Shown one piece after another: positions 1-10,902 of a DNA stretch of 64,000 bases. Each line of letters opens with the position of its first letter. Positions within the stretch are counted from its first letter, which is position 1. The stretch is from Naegleria gruberi (taxonomy: Eukaryota): the NCBI GenBank assembly GCA_000004985.1, contig GG738860.1, one strand, 5' to 3'. The notes under the pieces were generated by a model, which was not told the origin of the DNA, did no database searches, and was given only the letters and a program-made list of their open reading frames with translations. A program made the position numbers and the translations under genes.

Positions 1-473
1 ATTTTGATTGGCTGATTTTTGTAATTGATAATGACTAAGTACTCCTTCAAATTCTCGAATATATTTCACTCCTACAGCATCCTTCTCCCTTTTACATTGT
101 CCTAGAATTGGTATTGGATGAGGATTGACTTGCTTTAGAAAGGGAAAATTCCAAAAACCTTTAAAATCAATTCCCTGATCATGAGATCGTTTTGTTACAC
201 TCAAATTAAAATCATACTCTGATAGGTATTCAACAACTTGTGCTTCAAATCTTCTTCCCAATTCTTGTGATGATGATGATGTAATTATTTCTTCCGAATT
301 AACTTGATCCTCAGAAAGATTAATTGGAAATATTGACGAATATTTTCGTTTATCCAATGATAATCCATCAAAAAATCGTTCCGAAATAAATTGATGACTA
401 TTCAATGAATGATGACAATTTAATTTTCCTCTCCGAGAAACAAAGAATCTTTGAGAAAGAAGTTTTTTCATTT
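1..473 (-). CDS. Mrr-like (PD-(D/E)xK restriction-endonuclease fold) domain protein, N-terminal part; CDS continues beyond the left edge of the window
   Basis: ATG at 473..471, then an open minus-strand frame to position 1: MKKLLSQRFFVSRRGKLNCHHSL...SHDQGIDFKGFWNFPFLKQVNPHPIPILGQCKREKDAVGVKYIREFEGVL. The D..(Q/E)CK..V...REF.G pattern fits the Mrr_cat nuclease fold. It is missing from the ORF track only because it runs off the edge. Confidence 0.4.
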
Positions 474-651
474 TTTTAATTGTTTTTTAATAAATTTTTT
501 TATTATTCACTTTTATTAAATTCATAAATCGAAAAGTCTATACAATTTTAAAAGAAATTATTCAAATTAAGTTCTAAATATAACAATTAACATTTTTGTA
601 CTCTTAATTCCCAAAAAGAAGCTCTCAAGTTCATAGCAAAATCAAAAAAAA

Positions 652-3196
652 ATGCATCTCGTCACCCTAGCAACCTGTAACCTCGATCAGTGGTCTCTCG
701 ATTTTACTGGGAACTTGGAAAGAATCAAGGAAAGTATTAAAATTTCAAAGGAAAAGGGAGCTCGTTATAGGTGTGGCCCAGAACTTGAAGTTTGTGGATA
801 TGGTTGTGAAGATCACTTTCTTGAGAATGATACCTATACTCATTGTATGTTGTTGTATTAGTATTTCCATGATCCGAAGGTGGTATTAAATATTTTTGAT
901 ATTATGATGAATTGATGATAATTTCAAAATTTCAATTTAGCAATGGAATGTTTGGCTGAATTGTTGAAGAGCGATTTAACTGATGATATTCTTGTAGATA
1001 TTGGTATGCCAATAATGCATAAGAGTGTAAGATATAATTGTAGAGTATTTCTATTGAATAGAAAAATTGTATTGATTCGTCCAAAATTGTTTTTGGCAAA
1101 CGATGGAAATTATAGAGAGACTAGATGGTTCTGGTAGGTTTTATTTCCTTCAATACGTATTGTTGACCTCGATTTACTTGTCTTTTGATTGATGGCTATT
1201 GAACTAATTGGAATATTTATCTAATATTTGATTTTAAAATTTGAAAAAGTGCTTGGACAAAGAGATTTGCTATTGAAGATTTCGTTCTCCCAGATTTTAT
1301 GAGAGAATTGACTGGTCAGAGAACCGTTCCAATTGGTGATTGTATTATTTCATTGAATGATACTGATTTGGCTGTTGAAACTTGTGAAGAATTGTTCACC
1401 CCAAACTCTCCTAATATTTATCTAGGTCTGGATGGTGTGGAAATTATTAGTAATGGATCTGGAAGTCATCATTCTCTTCGTAAATTGCATACTCGTATTG
1501 ATTTAATCAAGAATGCAACTGCTAAGAACGGCTTAGTATATCTTTATGCCAATCAACTAGGTTGTGATGGTGGAAGACTTTTATTTGATGGTTGTGCAAT
1601 GATTTGTTGTAATGGAGTGCTTCTTGCTCAAGGTTCTCAATTTTCCTTGAAACAGGTTGAAGTTGTGACGTAAGTTTTGATTGGATTTTTCAAGTATTTA
1701 AAATCAAAAGTGCCAATGTTGATTTAGATCAAGTGAGAGCATTTAGAAATAAGATTGCCAGTAGATCTGTGCAAGCTTCTGAATCTAGAGAATTCCCTAG
1801 AGTTCGTATTGATTTCACACTCAAAATTTCACACTATTCTCAAAGTTTGAAACCAACTCACCCAGTAGATGTCAAGTATTTCACAACCAATGAAGAAATT
1901 GCCCTAGGTCCAGCTTGTTACTTGTTCGATTATTTGAGAAGATCTAGCCAGGGTGGATATTTCCTTCCATTATCTGGAGGAGCTGATTCTAGTGCTACCG
2001 CTACTATTGTAAGCTTCTTTTATTTTCTACTGAATCTAAAATATTTTGTCAAATACTTATCATGTTATGCTTAATTTTTTTCTAGGTTGGATCAATGTGT
2101 CAATTGATTTATAAGGATTGTATTGAGGAAGCTAACTCATATGAGGAGGAATACAATAAGAAAATTGTCTTGAAGGAAATTAGAAGAATTTGTTCAAAGG
2201 GAGATGAGTGGATTCCATCCTCTCCAAAGGAAATTGCTAATATTATTTTCGTTACTTGTTATATGGGTACAGTGAATAGTTCAAATGAAACCAGAAACAG
2301 AGCTAAACAATTGGCTTCAGAAATTGGATCTCATCATATGGATATTGATATTGATACAGTTGTTAATTCAATGAAGGATTTATTTACCACTACTACTGGT
2401 AAAACTCCATCATTTGAGGGAAGTGCTGGAGAAAATATTGCTCTCCAGAATATTCAAGCCAGATTGAGAATGGTTGTCAGTTATTACTTTGCTCAATTAA
2501 TGAATTGGAGTAGAGATTTCAAACCAAAGAATTTACTTGTTCTAGGTTCTTCCAATGTTGATGAAGCTTTGAGAGGATATTTCACTAAATATGACTGCAG
2601 TTCTGCTGATATTAATCCTATTGGAAGTATTTCAAAGACTGACTTGAAAAAATTCCTCTTGTATGCCTCTGACAATTTGGGTTATCCTTCACTAAAGGAA
2701 GTTTTACAAGCCAAACCAACAGCTGAACTACAACCTCTCGAATCTCATCAAACAGATGAAGAAGATATGGGTTTGACCTATGATGAACTTTCTCGTTTTG
2801 GTATTTTAAGAAAGGTCTACGGTACGTGTTGTGTGAATATTAAGAATTGTTTATTAACATTTTTATTAATTGATTTATTGAATTTTTATTTAAATAGGAA
2901 ATGGACCTGTTGAATGTTTCAATAATCTAGTTTATGAATGGAGAGACAAGATGAGTATTCTTCAAATTGCTGATAAGGTTAAACGTTTCTACAGATACTA
3001 TGCAATCAATCGTCACAAAATGACCACTCTCACACCATCCTATCACTGCGAATCCTACAGTCCAGAAGACAATAGGTTTGACCTGAGACAATTTCTCTAT
3101 CCTGTTGATTTCCAATGGCAATTCAAACAAATTGATGATTTAGTAATTCAATATCAAGAGGAGGAAGAGAAGGTTAAAAAGAGTAGTAAATTGTAA
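652..3196 (+). CDS. nadsyn1: Glutamine-dependent NAD+ synthetase (N-terminal CN-hydrolase domain plus C-terminal NAD synthase domain), 6 exons
   Basis: Exons 652..844, 941..1133, 1250..1669, 1711..2008, 2086..2821, 2898..3196. Introns have GT..AG ends (donors GTATGT, GTAGGT, GTAAGT, GTAAGC, GTACGT). The spliced product is 712 aa and collinear with human NADSYN1 (706 aa) along its whole length, e.g. [54 protein letters not shown] and [38 protein letters not shown]. Exon phases sum correctly. Confidence 0.9.
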
Positions 3197-3306
3197 ACTG
3201 TTTGTTTTAGTACAGAGATCTTAGTTACAATAATTCACTAATTAGCCGCTTAACTTGAATACCTAAACATTTAATTTTCGGAGTTAAAACTCCCATCTTT
3301 AAAAAA

Positions 3307-4185
3307 ATGAGTGATAACAAGAAACAACTTTCTATTGTCATCTTGTTGGTATTGATTGTGTTATTCTCAAGTGTTGGCCTAGCTCTTGCAGCTCCAATAC
3401 TAAAACCAGCAACACCATCAACCAACACACAAAATATTCGTCTCATTAGTTTTGATTTATTCGCTGCCCTGATGGATACCGGTTCCTCTATTATTGACAA
3501 CATTATCAGAGTGCTTTCTCCGTATTGTAGCAAGGATGAAGCAACACATTTAGCAGAAGAGTGGTTGAATCACTATGCAGGGACATTTTGGGAGTATAAT
3601 TCATTGGCCAGGGATCCGAATATGAAATTTGAAAATTCCAATATTTTCCAATTAATGTTACAAACTGGATTGGATTTTAATTTGAAAAGAATGAATCTTG
3701 AACATAGAATTCCACCAAATATTAAGCAAGACTTGTATTCAACTTGGTCAGAATTGAAGCCATGGCCAAATACAGGAAGAGTTCTTAATTTATTGAGGAA
3801 TATGACAGATTCGAATGGACAAAGAAGATTTAAACTTGCTGTCTTATCTAATGGAGATCGTTTGACTCTTCAAAACGCCACTCAAATCTTCAAAATTGAA
3901 AATGGTTTTGAATTTGATTATGTGATTGGTTCTAGTGATAGTGGACTTTTCAAACCAGATCCATTATTCTATGGAATGGTTGAAAAAATTTCAGGTTTGA
4001 ATAGAAATCAAATTCTTCATGTTGGAGGTTCAATGTACGATGCTAGAGGTGCTAAGGGATATGGATATATGGCTGCACTCAATTTCGGTAATCCAAACGA
4101 ATTTATCAACTTGACAGGTAATCCACAATATCAAATTGACTTTTTCTTGAAGGACCTGTCAGATTTACTTAAAATACTTCAATAA
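3307..4185 (+). CDS. HAD-superfamily hydrolase (2-haloacid dehalogenase-like), with N-terminal signal peptide or TM anchor
   Basis: Single 292-aa ORF. It has a hydrophobic N-terminus (LSIVILLVLIVLFSSVGLALA) and HAD motifs: ISFDLFAALMD (motif I, like FDLYGTLFD of L-2-haloacid dehalogenases), LAVLSNGD (motif II), and KPDP...HVGGSMYD (motif III). Confidence 0.5.
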   Translation: MSDNKKQLSIVILLVLIVLFSSVGLALAAPILKPATPSTNTQNIRLISFDLFAALMDTGSSIIDNIIRVLSPYCSKDEATHLAEEWLNHYAGTFWEYNSLARDPNMKFENSNIFQLMLQTGLDFNLKRMNLEHRIPPNIKQDLYSTWSELKPWPNTGRVLNLLRNMTDSNGQRRFKLAVLSNGDRLTLQNATQIFKIENGFEFDYVIGSSDSGLFKPDPLFYGMVEKISGLNRNQILHVGGSMYDARGAKGYGYMAALNFGNPNEFINLTGNPQYQIDFFLKDLSDLLKILQ

Positions 4186-4224
4186 ATTAATAATCAATAA
4201 TTCTAACTTTGCAAGTTATCATAA

Positions 4225-7166
4225 TTATTCTCTCCAAAGACCCTCAAAACCCAAGTCAGTAATTTCTGTCAGAAGCCTTCTTGCATGTACAGAATTGTCA
4301 ATCAAACTTTCAAACGAAATATTATTTGAAGAGTTTCTCAATAAAAGTAATTCACCCAACTTGTTACCAATATGTTGCTCAAATGAATTTGATTCCTTCA
4401 TCCATTTTTCAACCGAATAAATATTCAATCTATCAATAACAGGATTTTTCTCATTCCTTGTTCTAGCTGATTCCTTATATGGTAGAGTAGCTAGATAGTA
4501 ACACAAAAACATATCCTTAACCTTAAAATATACTTCCTCAGACATGACTACAATGTTTGGTTTCGACCTTGAAATCATGTAATTGCAAATAGCAACAGTT
4601 TCACCAAAGCATGAAAAATTAATTCTGCTCGATGTTGAGCCAGTATATCCCAGAACAATTTTACCACTGGATATAGCAATTTTGAATGAGAAAGTTGACC
4701 CTCTGCATTCAAATTGTTTGATTACCTCAATTTTTTCTTGAAGTATTTGCTGAACTTCGTATCCAGTAACACAAGCTTTCAGTTCATGATTTTCCACTGG
4801 AAGGCTACTATCATTCCACAAGGCATACAACTTGACACCGTTAACAACACTCAAATCAAAAACAAATCCATCATTGGCGTGAACAGCTCCGGTTATTTCT
4901 GAAATGATAGAATTTAAAATTTGGCAATAGTATTCAGAGCCAACAACTGACTGAATTTCACCAACATCCTCCAAATCGACAATCATCATAGTCATTTGTT
5001 GCTTTTTCATTGGGAACATCGGTTCTGTCTCTGATGATTTCAACACTGACTTGACTACCAATTCGGGACAAAATAAGGAAAAGTAAAAGATTGATTTTCT
5101 AAACTTTTCCACAGAGCTTTCCATCTTTCTAATGTCATGAAAGACACTCGTTGTATCTACCACCAAAGTTCTGGTACCATCCAATCTCAAAATATTATTC
5201 ATAATCTTATTCAATCTCTGTAGGGGATAGGTGATGGTTTTAAGAATGATAATCAGTACAACAGTTCCTAAACTAACCAACAAGATTAGAACGATTACTG
5301 ATATCAAGCTCGTATTAATAATATACGTAAGGAAACCAGTGTGATCAGTAATAATAATGACCTTTACAAATAGGCCATGAATTAGAAAGGAGTTAGCACT
5401 GAAATAATAGTCATTTCCGTTCACTGAAATATCACCACTAAGTACTCTACTACTATCTGATTCACCATTAACGGAGGAGAAATTGGAAAAGTTATATGCT
5501 TGCATTAACTTGAAAATTTCATAGTAAATAGTCTCATTACTAAAGTCTTGTGGAAATGTCTGAATGGACTGTGGTTCATTTAAGACTTTGGAAGCCTTGT
5601 GATTAATGGAGGCTGCCAACACGTGATTAGACTTGTCTAGAATAATCACTGTATTACCGGGCTCAGTGGTTGAATTGAGAAAATCTGAAATAGATTTTGT
5701 AAGGTACTGAATACCAGCCACACCAACAAACTTTCCACTTGTTTGATCTCTCACAAGCAATGACTGAGTAATTGAGAGTCTTGACTCGGATTTGAAAATG
5801 TCACTCCACACAGTATACTGTTTGGATGGAGGAAAATCAAAACTAGTGGTATTCACACTGTCTGTAATAGCCTTAAACCAAGGTCTAACTAAAATATTGA
5901 ATGAAAAATTCTGAAACTTGTAGCTTGATGTTTGAATGACATTATCCACAATTTCATATCTCAAATGTGATGTTTTGCAGAAAGTCTTGTCTGTGAGATC
6001 AGATGGGTTTGTAATATTTGTTTGGATGCAAGGTATCAGTGTAAATCTGTCTGTACCCTTATTTGCGTAAAGAACTATCATATTATCAGCTCTTCCAAAG
6101 TAAATATAATCCAAGTGGTCCGTATATGAACCAGTCATTGACATTACCCTTGCCCATCTTGTTAAATTATAAGGATTGACTCCAAGAGCTACCAATTCCC
6201 CATGCAGAGTTTTAGTAATAAAGCCTGCTGGATTAACAAAGTAATGAACCTCATTCGATAATTTTTGATAGACCACAGAGTGTTGCAATAAGACAACTTG
6301 TCTAGCCGTCTATTTTAATATGATTGATTATCCATTATTTCAGAAAAGTATTTAGAATTAGAAAAGTTCACAAGATAAGTGAAATAACAAAGTTTCGATA
6401 ATATCCGCATCAAATAATGCAATGGTGAATATTTTTCATCAAGATAAGAATAACTACTTACGGTTTCTCCTGCACTAAATAAAACTCCAAAGGTTGTTCC
6501 TATTGATATGGCAGCCTGAAATAAAAAGACCAACACGAGCACATTCATCACTGTGAATAGTGAGGGAATAAGGGAGAAGAGTTTCTTAATAGCCTTTGCA
6601 CATTTGTGGAGGAGAGGATATGATTCTTCAGGATTATGTAATGTGCCAGTCTTATTTTCAGTTCCATGACTATCTGGTGGCTCAATTGATTGCTCCTTTG
6701 GTTGTTGATTGAGGATGATTTGATTATCATCGACCAGGCTATTCACTGGAGGTTGAGCCAAGCTTATTGTACTCCGCGAGGTAATAATGTTATTCTGTGA
6801 GGTTGCTGTCATTTCATTAAATGTTGATTCATCTATTATTCCATTGTAGTTGTTATTGTTATTATTGTTACAAAGTCTATTATTGTTAGAAGCAGTTGAA
6901 GTGGAAGAATCATGTTTTTCAACACCATGATTAACATTATGATTGAACAATGTACTGGGTGATGATATCATACTTGTATGATGATAATACTGTTGTTGAC
7001 CATTATTAGTATTTTGGGATGATGAAGATGATGACTGTATTCCTCTCATTTCGGAGAGCTCAATCGTCGACGATAGCGAGCCAGGATACACAGCATAGGA
7101 AGATGTTGTCTCAAAAGAACGCCGTATCGTGTGTTGAGAGAGGCCCTGTTGTTGACTTTGGGGCAT
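4225..7166 (-). CDS. Membrane sensor nucleotidyl cyclase, 2 exons: N-terminal low-complexity cytoplasmic region, TM, extracellular Cache/CHASE-like domain, TM, class III cyclase homology domain (ACG-like architecture)
   Basis: Exon 1 is 7166..6462 (235 codons, ends ...FSAGET at a GTAAGT donor). The intron 6461..6310 is 152 nt and AT-rich, with a TAG acceptor. Exon 2 is 6309..4225 in phase 0, continuing TARQVVLLQHSVVYQ. The C-terminus matches the cyclase homology domain: FKIAISSGKIVLGYTGSTSSRINFSCFGETVAICNYMIS...NIVVMSEEVY aligns to lrvGihsGpvvaGvvG...GdtVNtAsrMes...IhvSe. Two hydrophobic segments flank a ~330-aa extracellular domain. Confidence 0.6.
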
Positions 7167-7408
7167 TTTCTTTGTTTATTTAAAGGGATGTGATATGATA
7201 GCGGCCTCTAAAGGCAAGTTTGCTTGACCAAAATAGTGAGCATTACCATGCCGCTTCGTGGAGTTTTTGAGAATACAATATAATAATTAAGGTCATAAAG
7301 AGGTATTTATTTGTCACAATGGTCACTAAATTGTTCAAAGCTTCTCACAGTTGGAATGGTCAATTGATGAATACTCACTAGTTTCAATTATTTTGATCAG
7401 CATAATGT

Positions 7409-7813
7409 TTAACACCATCTGTATGGATGATAACCACCATAACCACCATAGTATGGAATACCATAACCACCATATCCACCATAGTAAGGCATTGAGTATG
7501 CAGAGTTGTAATTATTTCCGTAGGAGGTTGGTCCTCTGTAATAAGATCCATAGCTTGCATAAGGTTGATAATTGATGGCATTGATTTGATTTGAATAGGC
7601 TTGAGTGTTTTGAGCATATTGATTATAGCTACCACCTGAAACACCATAATTTTGACCAGCACCACCATAAGAACCATATGCACTATTGTAAGCATTGTTA
7701 TATTGGCCACTAACAAGTGCCGAGCACAAAGAGACGATAATTGCAATTGCAACACAACAAATAATGTTCTTATTCATCTTGAGATTTCTTGTTTTTTCTT
7801 GTTTTTGTTTCAT
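7409..7813 (-). CDS. Small secreted Gly/Tyr/Asn-rich low-complexity protein (structural or cell-wall-like)
   Basis: The ORF has a classic signal peptide after its second Met (MNKNIICCVAIAIIVSLCSALVSG, start 7777). This is followed by YGSYGGAGQNYG...YYGGYGGYGIPYYGGYGGYHPY repeats. The overlapping sense and antisense ORFs are by-products of the repeat. Confidence 0.5.
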   Translation of the reverse strand: MKQKQEKTRNLKMNKNIICCVAIAIIVSLCSALVSGQYNNAYNSAYGSYGGAGQNYGVSGGSYNQYAQNTQAYSNQINAINYQPYASYGSYYRGPTSYGNNYNSAYSMPYYGGYGGYGIPYYGGYGGYHPYRWC

Positions 7814-8035
7814 TTCACAATCTTTCTTAGAGGGTATTTATAGGTGTTGCAATCTTTCAGAATCAATGTTGTGTTTTTCCAAAATGGTTATTGTATAATT
7901 GTGGAGTTTGTTCATTTTTGTTGTGTCGATATGTTTCGCACGAATTCTATTTACCTGAATTATTTCATTTTTGATCAATTTGGAATTATTACTTTTCAAT
8001 AACCCTTTACAATTTGCATAAAGTCAAAAATCATT

Positions 8036-9271
8036 TCAAGGATCACATGCATATTTGATAAAGTAATCCATTAATCTTTCGTAATTCATTAACTGAAAGA
8101 AATTCTTAACATTTTGAATTCTATTACCCATTGATGAATTATGGAAAGTGTACAAATCCATTTTCCTAACTCTTTTTGGTAAATTATACTCCATCTCAGT
8201 GATTGCATTACTCAGTGCTTCAGTATTATTCTCCTCCACATCGTATTCCTCAATTAATTGAATTACTTTTTGATATATTGGTTTTTGTAAAACTGATAAG
8301 AGCTTGTTAACCTTCTTTTCAAGTCTATGCGAAAGAATGTTTCTCATTAGTGGGTTTGAATAATTGTTGGAACATTTGAATACTTCTCTGAATGGTCTAT
8401 TACATCCAAAATTCGACAAAACTTTTCCAAGAATCATTAACCATATAGGTATATAATTCAAAGGACTCAAATCATATTGCTTCAATTCAGGAACTATTTG
8501 GTTCAATGCCTTTAGTAATGATTCTTCTCCACTTGTTTCGTATTGATCCTTTCTTTTTCTAAATATAAAAGCATCATGAAGAGGCAGTTCTCTTTCTTCC
8601 TCGTTTACATTGAAAATCTCATTGGATTGGAAATTTTTCAAATCATCTTGCAATGTTGAAATGTAAATGAAAAAGTTCTTTACATATCTGCTATATCCCA
8701 GAAAGTCCATATCGAATGAGAAATTTCTTCTCATAACATATTCTCCTACTCCAATTATTTCAAAAACTAATTTAATTTCAAATGAATCAAAATCCAACTC
8801 TGAGAATGCATACGAATCAAACAATTGAACCAATTCGTCACTATATGACAAGTTACAGTAATAAATTTCTTTAACTCTAATTCTTCCCATCACAAAACCA
8901 ATAAATTGTTTTAATATTCTCTCATCAAACAATGAAGAAATATTCGTGTCTACATTATTTTGAACAGAAATTGAGATAGGTCTTTGATTCGTAATGCTCT
9001 GTTTAATTTCTATTAAATTTGATAATTCATCCCTAATCAATTTCTTATAGATAGAACCACTCTCAGTACCCCCATCACTTGAGTAAATATATTTAGATTT
9101 AAATTCTGAGAGTAGACATTTCCATGATGGACCAGCCATTAAGCGAAAGTAATATTCCCATAAATTATCACTATTACACGCCTGAAACCATTCCGAACAG
9201 ACGAGGGAGTTTGTGATATGACTCCAGTCAAGAAACTGGAAGATGGAGATGAGGTTGTCTTGTACTATCAT
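8036..9271 (-). CDS. F-box domain protein
   Basis: The 411-aa ORF has an N-terminal F-box-like motif: LISIFQFLDWSHITNSLVCSEWFQACNSDNLW. No other domain was recognised. Confidence 0.5.
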   Translation of the reverse strand: MIVQDNLISIFQFLDWSHITNSLVCSEWFQACNSDNLWEYYFRLMAGPSWKCLLSEFKSKYIYSSDGGTESGSIYKKLIRDELSNLIEIKQSITNQRPISISVQNNVDTNISSLFDERILKQFIGFVMGRIRVKEIYYCNLSYSDELVQLFDSYAFSELDFDSFEIKLVFEIIGVGEYVMRRNFSFDMDFLGYSRYVKNFFIYISTLQDDLKNFQSNEIFNVNEEERELPLHDAFIFRKRKDQYETSGEESLLKALNQIVPELKQYDLSPLNYIPIWLMILGKVLSNFGCNRPFREVFKCSNNYSNPLMRNILSHRLEKKVNKLLSVLQKPIYQKVIQLIEEYDVEENNTEALSNAITEMEYNLPKRVRKMDLYTFHNSSMGNRIQNVKNFFQLMNYERLMDYFIKYACDP

Positions 9272-9391
9272 TTTTTTTGATTAGTTTTTTATTTTGTAAT
9301 TTAAATTTAAATTTCAAATTTGGAGGGTTGTGCCATTTTTGGAAATTTAATCTATTGCAGAAGATTTTTTTAATTTTTAATAATATTATAT

Positions 9392-10490
9392 TTAAAATAA
9401 ACTTTCTCTCTTCTTCTCTCGTGCCCTCCTGAATGGAAGGTCTCTTTCGTAAAAATCTTCCAAACAAATAAAGGTATAAATAATAGACAATACATCCATA
9501 TTGAGGTTACATTCACTCTTGAAAACACACATAGTCAGTGTTTGGATTGTTTTTTTTAAGGAAGGCGTCAGGAATCTATGTACATTAGGATGCCATTCAA
9601 ATATCAAATCCCACATATTAACATGATTTTCCCTCATTAAATCATTTGTAGATATTTCATTTCCATCTCTTTTGAAAGGTATCGATGATAAAGCTCCATT
9701 GGAAAGAAGGAAATAATACAATTCTTCATCCTTGGAATTGATAGCAATGTGAAGAGGAGTGTATTCAATTTCAATATTAGTTTCGTTATTTCTATCAAAT
9801 CCATTACTTCTCATACGAGAATAACCATAATAATTGATGTCAGTTCCATAATTGATTAGTGCCTTGATCATTTGTGTTGTTGTATTTCTATGATGCTGGT
9901 GTAAATTACATGCCTCATGAATAGGCAGCTCCTTAACTTTCAAAGGATACTCTTCAGATAATTCAACTCTTCCAGATCCCAAAATATTAGGATTAGCTCC
10001 ATATTCCAATAAACAATTAAATACTTTCAAATTCTGATTAGAGACGCACATATACAAGTATGGATTATATAAATGTCTACTTCTCATATGACGTGTTCCT
10101 TTTACTAAAATTCCAATTGAAATATTTGGATCAGCTCCATATTCGAGAAATAGTCGTATCATTGGCATGTCTTCCTCAGCAACTACCCTTTGAAAAAATG
10201 ATGTAAAATTAGTTGATGAACAACTTTCATTAGGATCGGCCTTATGTTGAAACATTAATTCCATCGCCTCCAATCTATTCGATTTCCAATCCAATACTGT
10301 TTCCATAATTTCTTCAATATCCGGGGAGTCTTTTCAAAGAAAAAGAAAACTTCCAATCATTATAGGATTTTGTTTTTCACTTACTGTAACAATCTGAGTT
10401 TTCAAAAGTGACACCAATTATTGCATCACTGAAGGCTTTGAAATTCTTATTGGAAGCTGCAGCATACACTTTCTGTCTGGCTTGTTGCAT
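9392..10490 (-). CDS. Ankyrin-repeat protein, 2 exons
   Basis: Exon 1 is 10490..10385 (MQQARQKVYAAASNKNFKAFSDAIIGVTFENSDCY, ends in phase 1 at a GTAAGT donor). The intron 10384..10330 is 55 nt with an AAAAG acceptor. Exon 2 is 10329..9392 and continues in frame (N-SPDIEEIMETVLDW...). Several ankyrin repeats are present: LFLEYGADPNI, LLEYGANPNI, ALINYGTDINY, TPLHIAINSKDEELYYFLLSNGA. Confidence 0.6.
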
Positions 10491-10902
10491 TTTTTTTTTA
10501 ATTGTTGAACCATTGATATTGTAATGAGTTCATCCACAACATACTAAAATGTCTGTGAATCTGTACAGACATTGAATGATTGTCTTTTAACAAAATTGTT
10601 CTTGTTTTTTCCATTGAGCAATTTTTCGATGTAATAGTCCCAACACAATCAACAGTTGTAAATGTCAATATTGACAGGTGGTAAATTAACTGTTAAATTG
10701 TTGTGAATTGAAAACGGTTTTTTCCCGCCTTTTAACAAATCGCGCCCAAATTTTTAGACAAAAAACAAGAAAAAATTGTCTAGATACCTGCTGCGCCCTT
10801 CCCTTCTAGACCAAGCCAGCACAAGCTTCCAACATTCACACGAAGTCAACGGTCTGAGCCAGCAGCTAAACTTTCATCAGCACCACCAAACACTATAGTA
10901 TT

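Noticed and set aside
2493-3130. Minus-strand ORFs inside nadsyn1 exons 5-6
   Set aside because: Antisense to highly conserved coding sequence.
7351-7755. His-rich plus-strand ORF and alternative minus-frame ORF over the Gly/Tyr repeat gene
   Set aside because: Mirror-image artefacts of the GGT/TAT repeat codons. Only the frame with a signal peptide is plausible.
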